Assembly: GCA_022605425.2 (NCBI GenBank)
Contig: CM061246.1
Span: forward strand, 1,054,001-1,118,000
DNA length: 64,000 bases
Direction: 5' to 3'
From: Hamiltosporidium tvaerminnensis FI-OER-3-3
Lineage: Eukaryota > Fungi > Microsporidia
Position 1 is the stretch's first letter, and the number at the start of each line of letters is the position of its first letter. Below the pieces are notes generated by a model. It was not told the DNA's origin and ran no database searches. It was given only the letters and a program-made list of their open reading frames with translations. The position numbers were made by a program, and so were the translations under genes. Below are positions 9,620-20,919 of this stretch, piece by piece.

Positions 9620-10682
9620 GTGATAAAATATTTTTTATATTTAAATTTATTTTTAAAGGGTGTTTTATAGTATTAAGAGGTGGTAATTTAAAATTATTAA
9701 AAATTTCTTTTAAAAAAAATATTTTTTTGTTTTTTAGATGTAAATTAGGAGGGGTGTTAAATAGGAGGGGTGTAATATTTAAAGGGGAGGGGTATTTATC
9801 AGTAGAATTAATTTTAGTATTCAATTGTTTTTCTTTTATTTCTGTTTCTTTTATTTCTTGATTTAATTCTTTTATTTCTGTTTCTTTACAGTTTAATCCT
9901 TTTTCTTCTTTTAATTCTGTTTCTTTACAGTTAAGTTCTGCATTAAAACTTATTTCTTTACAGTTTGATTCTTTATCATCCAATTTATTATCAAATTTAT
10001 TATCCGATTTATTATTCATTGACTCTACGGTATAAGTTTTACAATTCTTTTCTTTTTCTGTTATAAAAATACCAGGGAGTGGTTGTAATGTGGGTGCGTT
10101 TTTAAGAAAATCAAATTCTTTATTTTTGTTTGGTTTTTGGTTTTTAAGTTTTTCTTTTCTTTTTTGTTTCCTTGTTTTTGTGTTGAGAAGACGGTTTTTT
10201 GTAATATTAAGCATTTGTTGGCTATCAATGTCAAAATCTATTGGGTCTGGCTGTGATATATGTGAGTGTAGAGATGTATGTGTGTCTGGTGTGTGTAGGG
10301 ATGTATGTAAGGATGTGTGTGATGATTGTAATTTGTCTGATGACCGTGATGTGTCTGATGACCGTGAGGTGTTCCTGATGGTGTTGTATCGGTCAATACA
10401 TTGCTGTGGTGTGCGGTTGAGTTGTTGTGATATGAGTGTGTAGTGATAAGAAAATACTTTTATATAATTTAAGAGTTGAGTGTCTTCTGTGGGTGTCCAG
10501 GGGGTGTTTTTGATGTGGGGATTGGTGTATGTGTTCCATCTGTGTTGGCACTGCTCTGGTGTCTTGTGTGTGAGAAGTGAGGATATTTTTGACCAGTTGT
10601 TTATGCCGTATTTCATTATACCGGCTTTTAGTATTTGGTCTTCTAAATTTGTCCAGATTTTGTCTTTTTGGTGGATTGTCAT
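9576..10682 (-). CDS. CEF1: CDC5/Cef1-like Myb-domain pre-mRNA splicing factor (NineTeen complex), short form
   Basis: Two Myb repeats (WTNLEDQILKAGIMKYGINNWSKISSLL..C..RW; WTPTEDTQLL..RTPQQCIDRY) followed by the CDC5-specific PDPIDFD..QMLNITKNRLLNT..RKQKRK segment. Upstream CCC motifs (gggg 10702-10705 on the plus strand). AATAAA overlaps the stop. Confidence 0.9.
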   Translation of the reverse strand: MTIHQKDKIWTNLEDQILKAGIMKYGINNWSKISSLLTHKTPEQCQHRWNTYTNPHIKNTPWTPTEDTQLLNYIKVFSYHYTLISQQLNRTPQQCIDRYNTIRNTSRSSDTSRSSDKLQSSHTSLHTSLHTPDTHTSLHSHISQPDPIDFDIDSQQMLNITKNRLLNTKTRKQKRKEKLKNQKPNKNKEFDFLKNAPTLQPLPGIFITEKEKNCKTYTVESMNNKSDNKFDNKLDDKESNCKEISFNAELNCKETELKEEKGLNCKETEIKELNQEIKETEIKEKQLNTKINSTDKYPSPLNITPLLFNTPPNLHLKNKKIFFLKEIFNNFKLPPLNTIKHPLKINLNIKNILSQIPPTNQSFLQFYK

Positions 10683-11223
10683 TTTTTTTTGTGATTTTTT
10701 TGGGGTATTTTTATGGGTTTTTTTGTGTCTTTGGGTTGGTGGGTTTTTTTATTTCTTTTTATAAATTTGTGATAAAATTATATTTTATGGATTCCAAAGA
10801 TTTCTTGTTTATTTTACTTTAATATAAGTTTATTAGAAATTCTTTTTTATTTAATTCTAAAGATTTCTTTATTTTAAGTTTATGATTCACTTTTTTTAAG
10901 TTTTTTTTAATTTTTATTTTTTTTATGCATTGAAAAAGAGTTGGATCTGATTTGAAGAGACTTAAGAAAAAGTATGATTTTTATTTTAATCATGTTTATG
11001 GCGAAGAGTTACAAAGAAGTTATTTTTTGGGAATGATAAGATTTGTTTTAAAGGTATAATTTGTTAATAATTTTACTTTATTACTAATATATGGGACTTT
11101 CTTATTATCTACAGATTTATTTACTAAAATATAAATTTTATTTGGTTAAGATGTGTCTTTAGAATGATGGGTGCTTACATATTTTTTTAGTTTTAAATTA
11201 TTACATGAATCTATTATTATCAG

Positions 11224-12491
11224 TAGTGTCGAGTTCAAAAACAAACATATGCTTCTGCAACTCTTGGATTGTCTGGAAAAAAGTAAAGAAATTTCAACTA
11301 GACGAGCAGCAATCCTAAAGGTTGAGAATAATAATATAACCCACCTTTCACTAATAAAAGGCTTCTTAAAAGTAAAGTACAGCTTGGTAGAAGAAGTCAC
11401 TAAGAAAAGTTTAGAAGAAGCTCAACTTGCAAAACTATATAACGAAATAGAAAAACGAAAACTCCATTCAAAGTTATATAATGCAAGAAAAAATGAGCTT
11501 GTGAGTGTTAGTGACTCTTCAAGATGGCTAAAGAGAGGAAATATTAGGCCACGAAATAAAGCTGTGTTCTGCTATATCCAGGATAGAAATGTATTCTGGG
11601 GAGCAGATGGTGTGTGTCAACACTGCAACCAGTCCAAGAAAACAGTAGATGACTTAGCGACTAGATATGAAAAAATGCTTGTTCATGACTATACTAGACG
11701 ACATAATGAAGTGGTACGATGTATACATTTACTCTTGCTGAATAAATATAAGTTTAAGTCCTCAAAACGAATTAGGAGTCACTCAGTTCAAGAAATTCTG
11801 TATAATGAGTATGCAGAGATAAGAGTGGACACCATAATAAAAACTTATGTTAAAATTCGAAATAACAGGCCCGACATATTTATTTTAGATAAGAAGAAGA
11901 ATAGATAACACTCATTGAAGTATGAATCACTTCCCAAGATTCACTTCAAATAGTTGAAACTGAAAAACTTAGGAAGTATGACCTGCTAGCCAATGAGTTG
12001 GGTCTTATTTATAGGTGCAGTGTTGAGATAATCCCTTATGTGATGACCTGGGACGGTATTGTGACAAAATACCATAAATCTCATATTAAAAGACTAGAAA
12101 AACCCAAGAATTTAGAGGCATACATTCAGTCTATAGTACTTAAGAAGACAGTCGAAACAATTTCCTTTGAACGACGAAGACGACTTGAGTCAGGACTAAA
12201 TGCCGAAGAGAGCTGGGAAGAGCGTCAATAGGTGTTATTATGAGAGCAGAGATGCATGAGGAACCAACACCCCCTTTAAAAGAAGCGAAGAGAAAGGAGG
12301 ATTTTGCAAAAAATTTTAAACCGAAAAATAAAGCGCTCCTTATTTCACAAGGAGGAACCACTTTAGAGGAACCGACCAATAACATAAATAAAGAGTCGGA
12401 TTTTGAAGAAGAGACATAAGTGGTCAAGGAGGTAGAAGAAAACATGTAAAAAAGGGTAAAAATATTTTAACCCAGAATTTTATTAAATAAA
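11224..12491 (+). mobile_element. 5'-truncated R4/Dong-like RLE non-LTR retrotransposon (copy C), disrupted
   Basis: SVEFK..MLLQLLDCLEK..RRAAILKVE, CQHC, RRHNEVV, RPDIFILD. Frameshift at ~11905 and later stops. Same 25-nt 3' terminus (12467-12491). Confidence 0.9.
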
Positions 12492-12892
12492 TTTGAAATT
12501 TAAAATTTATTTGTAAAATATAGAATTATTTAAGCAATCAATTTATAAAAATATCTAAGAGAATGCTTGATACGTTATCTTTTTTACGTATTTTGACCTG
12601 AAAGAAACATATTTTAATTCTTAAAGTAAAATTTTACAGTTTCCTTATGTTTTTGAATTTATTAAAATCTATAATAAATATATCAGATGTGGTGTATAAA
12701 TATAAGAAAATATTATCATGATACGTAAATTTGCATTTCTGTATGTTGTGAAATAATACAATTAGGTTGAATAAATTAGTTATATTTCATTTAGTTATAT
12801 CATAATTGATTTAAATTTGACTTTTTTAGTATTTTTGATTTCTAAAATATAATGATAATTTGTTCTATTAATCACATATTTACATAAAAATT

Positions 12893-12962
12893 ACATCTTT
12901 TTTAGAACAGTGCCAAATGTTATGTTTTTTCATGACATTAACGCAATTCTTGGTTAAACATA
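12893..12962. repeat. ~70-nt dispersed repeat, copy 2
   Basis: Aligns with 2042-2113. Confidence 0.75.
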
Positions 12963-13553
12963 TTTAATTTGAAATAATTTGTTTTTTATGAGAAAGTTTA
13001 TTAAATTTAGATAATTTTTGTTGTAAAAAAGATAAACTTAATTCTGGTTAGCTATTTTTAAAAATTAATAAAAATAGACAGTACAGTTCAATTTGAAGAC
13101 ATATATTAACATTTAAAAATAATAATTTATCTGTTAAATATTCGAAATAATAATATTTGAATATATATATATATATTATTATACGAAATTGGAAATATCC
13201 GGTAATTCTAGAAGTTATGAATTTTATTTAGATTTATGTTCATTTAAACGAATTTCTTTTTGAAAGGTGTTATGATAGATTTGCTTTTAAAGCTGATTTA
13301 CCATTCAATTGCCATTTTTAGAAATATTTAAAGTATATATCTATATTTTGAATTATAAAATCTTGATTATAATTTTTTTTATTTTACATTTTATATAAAA
13401 ATTTGGTTTAACTTACAGCCGACACATTTAGAGATAAAATGAAATATACAAGAAAATAAAAATAAAATATATTTTAAAACAGAAACCGCAATATTTATTA
13501 TTTAATATTCAAATAACTTTTTATAAAGGCATAGGTTTCAATGTTTTCTGGTT

Positions 13554-14540
13554 TTAATCACTAAAATCAATGGTATTCTTAATCATAACCCACTCATTTG
13601 GATTTCCTATGTTGTTTTTCTTTGTAAATTTATAGATTATTATTTCCAAATCTGAAAGTATAAAAAAATTAAATTCAAAACGTTTAAATTGTGATTTCGA
13701 GATCCAAATTTTTTTTTCCTGTTTTAAAAGACCTTTTGAATTGATTGTTTTGGGTGAGGTTTCTAGTGTCTTAAAGGTTTCCAATAATTTAGGGAAAAAA
13801 TATTTTTTACTTCTAAATTTTTCACACAATTTCACAAAAAAGCTATTAAATTTCATGAATCGGAAATTTTTGGGATCTAGTGTTACAAAAACGCTGCTTA
13901 AATTATCCCTATTTTGAAGTTGGAAGCCAACGTAATTTTCTCTTGCCAAAATACTTATAATTTTTTCGAGAAATATATTTCTCACTTTTAATTTCATTTA
14001 GTTTCGCAAAATAATCATTAAGTTTGAGTCCATAAAACACAACACCATCTTTTTACTTTTAAATTCTTCATCCATTTTAATCACAATTTGATCGCTGTAT
14101 AGAATTAAAAAAGAAATAATCTTGGTTTGTGCGAAGTAGATTCATAAGTTATCTACATTAGAAATATCAGATTGCCCAGTTTTGTTCAAAAGATTTTTGA
14201 TATATAGTGTATCATTTCTGAGTCGTTCGATAAGTATTTTTTCAGATGAATTTATTTTCATATAAATTGCCCACAAAGTAAACATAAATATACCGATTGA
14301 TAATTCAATTCCAAAAAACACTTTTAAAACGGTCGATGCTATCATTATGAGCCAAAAAAAGATGACTTTAAATACTTTTAACGTATTAATTACTCCTTTT
14401 TGATTATATTGACATGTAGAATCGGTCTTAAAAGTTAAATTTTTATAGAAAATAGAATTTTTTTACATTCTAATATATTCTAAAGGGAATAAATCTTCAA
14501 CCATTTTTTTTAAAAAAAGCTGGAACATTCTATTTGCCAT
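13554..14540 (-). pseudogene. Disabled gene of unknown function (329-codon frame with an N-proximal hydrophobic segment)
   Basis: ORFs 14142-14345 and 13554-13997 share one frame with an ATG at 14540. That frame is broken only by TAA 14463-14465, TGA 14142-14144 and TAA 13998-14000, with no frameshift. Confidence 0.65.
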
Positions 14541-14699
14541 ATTCTATTTTTAAGATCGTACAAGACTAGGTTCATTAAACTTTTAATATCTGAAAAATAT
14601 ATAAATAGTTATTTTAAAATATAGTAGTATAATAATTCGGATTGTTGTAAATTAATTTTAAATTATTTGCATGATTTGGCATTTTTTAATGCTAATATT

Positions 14700-16430
14700 A
14701 TTCTTAAGTTTTAGTCAGTAAGAATTACTTTCTCTTTTACACTTTCGGTAGTTTTTATTTGGAACTTCATAGCATAAATTATTCAATATTTTTCAATTAT
14801 TGGATTTTAAATAACAAAGAGAATTCGGTATTGAATAATTCTCTTCGTAAAGATACCATTTTTCTTGAATAAACAAATATTTAATAATGCCTTGGTATAA
14901 TATTGATAGAAAAAGAAAATTAAGACGCAAAATATTTTGAAAAGTCCAGACCGAACTGGCTGTACGAGTAGTGGACTTTATCACACGAAAATTATATATT
15001 TTAAGCCATCAATTAACATGTAATCTCGTAATCGACCACGGTGTAAATACTTCAACACAAAATTGGTGATTTATTAACGTTGTATGATACAGTTCTTAAA
15101 ATATTACAGAAGAAAAGGAATACATATGAGCTCGCTATATACAAATGTCTATATCTTATCTGTAGAGAACTTAAAGGAGTTATAGGAGTTTTAGAGTGAA
15201 AATCAGAGTAAGAAATGAGAACTTCTGTATTATCTCGAAAAAGGTGAAACAATATCGCGTGAAGAGCAGCAATCGTAAAGATTGATAATACAATAGAACC
15301 ATCTTGCTCTAAAACAAGCTTCTTAAAATTAAAATATAGGTTGAAAGGAGTTACTACGAAGAATTTAAAGGGAGCCCAATTTGCATAACACATGACGAAC
15401 AGAAAACGAAAACCTAATTCAAAGCTATATAATGCAAGAAAAGAGTAGCTTTTAAGTGTTAGTGACTCCTCAAGATCGCTAAAGTGAAGGAATATTAGGC
15501 TATGGTTTGGAAGTAATATTGTGACATATTCGGGATGGAAATATATTCGAGAACAGAAAGTATGTGTAAACACCGTAATATATATGGTAAAACAGTATAT
15601 AATTTAGCGAATCGATGTGAGAAAATATTCGGTTCCGACTATAACAGACGGAATAACAAAGTTTTCAGACACTGCCCTCACTCCTTCGAAATAAATTTAA
15701 GTTTAATTCTATAAAACGAATTAAGAGTAACTTGATCCAAGAAATTCTTGAAAAGGAGCAAAGGAAAATAGGAATGGACAGCGGAATAAAAACTGATTTC
15801 AAAATCCGGAATAATATACCAGATATTTTGGTTTTGGATAAGAGAAAGAATATGAGCACGCTTATTGAAATAGAAATTAGTTCTAAAGTTCACTTCAAAT
15901 AATTGAAACTGGAAAACTTAGAAGTATTATCTGCTAGACAATAAATTAGGACTTTTTTGGAAGCGAGTGTTGAGATAAGTTCCTATGTGATAACCTGGGA
16001 TGGTATTCTGACAGGGTATTAAAGATTTATCCCAAAGCTCTGAAAAAATTTATGAATATTGAGGCATAGATTAGTTAAAATGGCCGAGAAGGGAATCTAA
16101 ACATTTATTTTTATCGACGATGAAGGCTCGAGTCAAGATCTAATGCATAAGAGAGCTGTGAGACCATCAAAGTGTGTTATACAAAGAGCAAGAAGCTACA
16201 TGAAACATCCTAGTTAATTGAAAAGACGTAAATATTTGAAAATGGTGTTAGACACATAAACATGAAAAGTGTAAAACATATATTATATAGCGTAACTAAA
16301 ATACCGGAATCAACAATAGACCAAACGAAAAGTCGGATTTAGAAAACATAAAAAAAGTAATTAAAGAGTCATATGAAGATATATTAAGTTTTATAACGTT
16401 TTAACAACAAAATTTTATAGAGTAAAATAC
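14700..16430 (+). mobile_element. Old, heavily decayed R4/Dong-like copy (copy D)
   Basis: 15400-15500 aligns with 11450-11550 (ttcaaagctatataatgcaagaaaa..gtgttagtgactc). acctgggatggtatt at ~15993. Eroded 3' terminus gttttaacaacaaaattttata at ~16398-16420. Left boundary approximate. Confidence 0.8.
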
Positions 16431-17076
16431 CTAATTTTTCTAGATTTAGAACATCAAACATATCTTAAATAGTTCTGGATACACAAAAAATTGATCCATA
16501 CATTTATTAGAAGAACCCAAAAATATATTGAAAAATTTTCATTTTATAAACAAGTAGAATCGAAACAGATTAAAATTTGATTAGAGTAGGAATAGAAGCT
16601 TTTGGATATCATGTATACCGCGAAAATACACGATCAGCCTATACCCTTAAATTAATAGAGAGGGAACGATGAACAAACAATAAACACCAATTTAATGATA
16701 TAGAAGCTGGGAAAAACATAGAAATGATTTAGATTATCTAAAAAAACGTCGATTATAAAAAACAAATCAGTTAAAACAGAAAAAGAGTTAGAATAAAGCG
16801 TACAGAAACACAAAATAGCAACAATTCACAATATAATAATTCACATGGAAAATTGGCCTGGGTAAATATTATAGTAGTCTGATTTCTTCTAATTATATAA
16901 TTACATGGTTAAATACTTTCAATTTGTGTTGCTTTTGACCGTTCCATTTTAATTAATCTTAAACATAAAATACATTTATTTAAAAATTCTTGAAGAGCTT
17001 AAATAGAGCAGTATACTTCGTACAAATCATACACAACCTTTTAAGTACAATTATTTCAACTATAAATATATCCTTC

Positions 17077-17316
17077 CCCACCATGCCGGGAGCAGAATTG
17101 GCTTGGAGTATTCTCTGCTTGTCGTAAGAGGCGACTAAAAGGGACTGATGCTCCATGTTGGGGTTGGGGGTAATGCTAACAACCCTTCTTTTAAAACTAC
17201 CTTCTTATGAAACCCGATAAATAAACAAACCCACTGGAAAAAGACTGTGGGCAGTATTACTAAGAGAGGCCAAGGCTCGCACAGGGCTGCAGTGCCAAAG
17301 ATAAATGAATGAATAA
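17077..17316 (+). mobile_element. Short non-autonomous RTE-derived (bipartite) SINE-like element, copy 1
   Basis: 5' motifs ctgcttgtcgtaagaggcgactaaaaggg and gggttg..gctaacaaccc..taaaa resemble RTE-clade 5' UTRs. 3' end gaggccaaggctcgcacagggctgcagtgcca followed by an (atga)n tail resembles RTE 3' ends. No ORF. Second copy at 38680. Confidence 0.75.
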
Positions 17317-19246
17317 GTATACCAAGATTCGTCTTATTTAAAATATGGTATAGATTATATGTCACTTGCTCAAGATTAAAATCAAATTGATTCATTTAAT
17401 ACAACGCCTAGTTTCGCAAATAATTTCCATTGAAAATAATTGGTCTGTTTCTTCTACCCGTAACTTATTGAAATGAATATTTATTTAATTTCTTTAGCTT
17501 TTCTCGCAATTTTATCTAATTTTAAATCTAATGTTTTACATAGAATAGAACCATCCTATATAAGAAAAAAACCAATTAAAATTTAGAATCATACCTGATA
17601 TGTTATAAGATAACTTTTTTTCAACAAATTACACAGTAAAAACATATCTTATACATACCTAAAGACAAATACTTGAGTTTTATTTTAGAAAAATTCGTAT
17701 TTTCGAGTAAAATCGTTTTTTTGCTGTTTTAGTAAGTTTTCATTTAATTTTCTAAAGTTTTATACCCAATAGTAGATTCATATAACTCTTTATGTCCTTA
17801 AAAAAACGGTATTTAAACTCATCTGAGTTATCCTGAAATGCATAGCTAGTTTAATTCTAACTTTTTTGATTTAAAAGACAAGATGAATATTTTGTTGAAA
17901 CTTTTAAAAATCAATCACCTTTATTCTGTTAAAAAATTCAATCTAATCAATATAAAACGAAATAAATAAAAATATATTTGAATCTAAATTCAAAAGAAAA
18001 GAAGATAAACAAGACTCTTATCTTATAGAAATCAAAAAGTTTATTTTACTTAAAAAGTATCTTAAATGAAAAGTTTGTGTAAAGTTTTAACAAAACTTAA
18101 TAAATACTTATAAAGTTATGTAAATAATAAAATTATGAATGCATAGCAAGAGATTCAACTATAATGTTTATAAATATATTCATTAAACTATTAAAATCAC
18201 ATATTTAGTATTTAGAGCCAAATCAGGCAAAATTGGTTGAGCTCTTAGTGCCCTGATCGGCAAAACTTAATGTAAATTCCATGCAAGATAATTAGAGAAT
18301 GACTTATTATGAGTAACACTCCGTATTCTCTTTAAATAAAACAAATAAATTGTGTTATAAATATTTTACAGAGATAGAGTAAAGATTTAATTTTATAAAT
18401 AAATAACTCCAAGATTCAGTACTTTTTGACAAAATAGTGTCAACTATTTTAATAGCATCTAATTTTTAAAGAATAAAAACAAATTCAAAACAAAATAGTG
18501 GCTTGCTAGATTGATTATTGACGACGCTTTATGAGGATTTAAAAATGACTTTCAAAAATTCTTCATTTTTCAATGATTCTAAGAATAAAAATAAATTTTC
18601 ATTTAATTCAGTCTACATCTGTAATAAATCATAGTGAGTCATGAAATAACATAACAAATTTGGTTGAAATAAAAGGAAACAGGCATAAAGAGGAAGTATA
18701 AAGACCAAGCTTGTCAATTATAGAAGACCATAAAGACGTACTAAACGTGACATTTGTATCTTTTTAAAGAATCAGGTAAAATAAAATTGAAAAAATGAAA
18801 GTAAAATCCAAGTTCGATATTCATATTTTTGAAGATTTTTTTTTGATTTTATGTAAAAAGCTAGAAGAAAGATGAAAACGTAGTATTTTATTGTAAAATC
18901 GTTAGAGTGATTTTTAGGGAGTCTGGTGACCGTTCTTTCTCAAAATAAAAGTATAAAAATTGACTAAAGAAATGAAGAATGTGGATTCAAGGTTCTGTGA
19001 AATAACCGAGTGTACTTACAATAGGTGAGAAATGACTAAGAATTTGCTTTTATTTAATATAAACTTTGAATTCTATCCTCTCACATTTAAAACATTGAAA
19101 TATATTTTAAATATTTAAAATGTCAGATTTTACAATTTTCGATTTTATAAAAAAAAAGTTTAAAATACAGATAAAGCGATGATTTTGATATATGAAACTT
19201 GAATTTTTTTATTTAAAAATACCTTAATTTTAACTGGGGTTTACAC

Positions 19247-20776
19247 TTATCTTGGTTTTGTTTCCTTTTTAAAATTTAAAAAATCTTTGAGTCTTTTTTC
19301 AAAATTATGAATTTCTTTTTGTATTTTTTTACGCTTTTCTTCATCTGTTTCGTTATTTAAATCATCGTGTAGTTTTTCTATATTTTTTTTGATATCAGAA
19401 ATAGGAAAAACAAAATCATTTTCGTCTTTTTTACCAGAAATTTTAGATTGTAAAATATCAATAATTTTCTTTTGCTTTTCAATCACAGAATTTTTCTTTT
19501 TGTTGCTTTCTCTATGATTAATAATTTCATTGCTAAGTACAACATATTCTTTCTTTAATTTTATACTTTTTTCCGTATATTTATTTAAGGATTCTGACAA
19601 AGAAACATTTTCATTTTGAATTTTTGTAATTTCACTTTCTAAAAAAGCCAATCTTTTATTTAATTCTTCATTTTTTCGATCAAAAATACTTTTTTCGTTT
19701 TTTAAATTTGAAATTTCATTTTCTAAAATCAAATTTCGTTCTTTCAATTTCAAATCCTTTGTTTCTTCGTTTTTCTTTGTATTTTTCAAATTTAAAATCG
19801 TTTCTTTCAATATTTTTAGACTTTCAAAAACATTTTTTTCGTTTAATTCAAATTCTTTTTGTAAAAATTTTCGTATTTCCATTTCAAATATTTTTCTCGT
19901 CTGTTTTTCCTTTGAAAGACTTTCTTTTGCTTCGAATTTAAACTTTTCTCTTTCTTCAATAAAACTTCCTTTCATTTCCATAAATTTATCAGAAATATAA
20001 CCACTCAACTCTTTCAATGAATTTTTACTTTCATTAAGTATTTTAATCAGCGGTTTAATTCTTTCATTTAAAAAAACCTGAGAATATTCTTTTCCAGAAC
20101 TTAGAAATTCCTCAATATTTTCAAAATTTCCAAACAAAATTAAAAATAAATCTTTCAACATTACTTTAGCTTCTGATACTCTCTTATTATTCAGAAGAAA
20201 AAATATTTTCCCAAAAATTTCTTTCATCTTTTCTTTACTCGATTCATTATTTGATTCCTTAATTACAATTTGATCAATTTTTTCATTTAAAGTAATAAAT
20301 AAGCCATAAATATTACTCAAATAAATATTTTCACCTTCATTTTGTATTTCATTTCCATGTTCTGAACAAGAACTTTCGATATCCAAAAAAGAATCAAATA
20401 AATTTGAAGACAAATCTATTTTAGAATATTTTAAAGCAGATAAATTTTCTTTAAAAGTATGACGTTTATCCGGATTATCAACCACCGCACTCGTAAAAAA
20501 ATGTTTTTTAATATTTTTCTCACTTTTAAATTCTTCAATATTTTCTTGTAATAAATCCACATAATCCTCATTTAAATTGTCATTAGATTTTTCTATATTT
20601 CTATTTGAAAGCATTTGTCCCATCTCTGTATTATTTTTATCCTTTTCTTCTAAAATTTGTTCTTTATTTCTACTTGAAAGCATTTGTCCCATCTCTGTAT
20701 TATTTTTATCCTTTTCTTCTAATAATTGTATTTTATTAGTATTTTCTTTGTTTTCAATGGGTGTCTCCAAATTCAT
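19247..20776 (-). CDS. Hypothetical coiled-coil protein (509 aa) with an N-terminal 22-aa duplication
   Basis: Long uninterrupted ORF, E/K-rich heptad-like C-terminal half, LEEKDKNNTEMGQMLS duplicated, aaaCCCataaATG start context. Confidence 0.85.
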   Translation of the reverse strand: MNLETPIENKENTNKIQLLEEKDKNNTEMGQMLSSRNKEQILEEKDKNNTEMGQMLSNRNIEKSNDNLNEDYVDLLQENIEEFKSEKNIKKHFFTSAVVDNPDKRHTFKENLSALKYSKIDLSSNLFDSFLDIESSCSEHGNEIQNEGENIYLSNIYGLFITLNEKIDQIVIKESNNESSKEKMKEIFGKIFFLLNNKRVSEAKVMLKDLFLILFGNFENIEEFLSSGKEYSQVFLNERIKPLIKILNESKNSLKELSGYISDKFMEMKGSFIEEREKFKFEAKESLSKEKQTRKIFEMEIRKFLQKEFELNEKNVFESLKILKETILNLKNTKKNEETKDLKLKERNLILENEISNLKNEKSIFDRKNEELNKRLAFLESEITKIQNENVSLSESLNKYTEKSIKLKKEYVVLSNEIINHRESNKKKNSVIEKQKKIIDILQSKISGKKDENDFVFPISDIKKNIEKLHDDLNNETDEEKRKKIQKEIHNFEKRLKDFLNFKKETKPR

Positions 20777-20919
20777 TTATGGGTTTAAAATTTTTGAGTT
20801 TATTTTTTTTGTAAACTCATGAAAATGTAAAAAAAGTTTTAAACTTTTCAGTATTTCTAAAGAAAATACTCTTTGTTGAAATAAAGATTTTTTTTTAAAA
20901 TTACTTTAACTTTATAATA

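Noticed and set aside
11171-11908. 245-aa ORF as an independent gene
   Set aside because: The N-terminal ~17 codons are flanking DNA fused by chance to a 5'-truncated retrotransposon; GTG start; ends at a frameshift.
14427-14466. 40-nt GT..TTTAAC..AG intron that could remove the first stop of the pseudogene
   Set aside because: Splicing it shifts the frame into a stop within ~12 codons and does not explain the other two stops.
15052-15893. Minus-strand ORFs of 64-173 aa
   Set aside because: Antisense to decayed retrotransposon copy D.
18650-19050. Possible Merlin/IS1016-like transposase remnant (..TYNR* cf. RKYNRG)
   Set aside because: Single weak motif and no TIRs identified; insufficient without a profile search.
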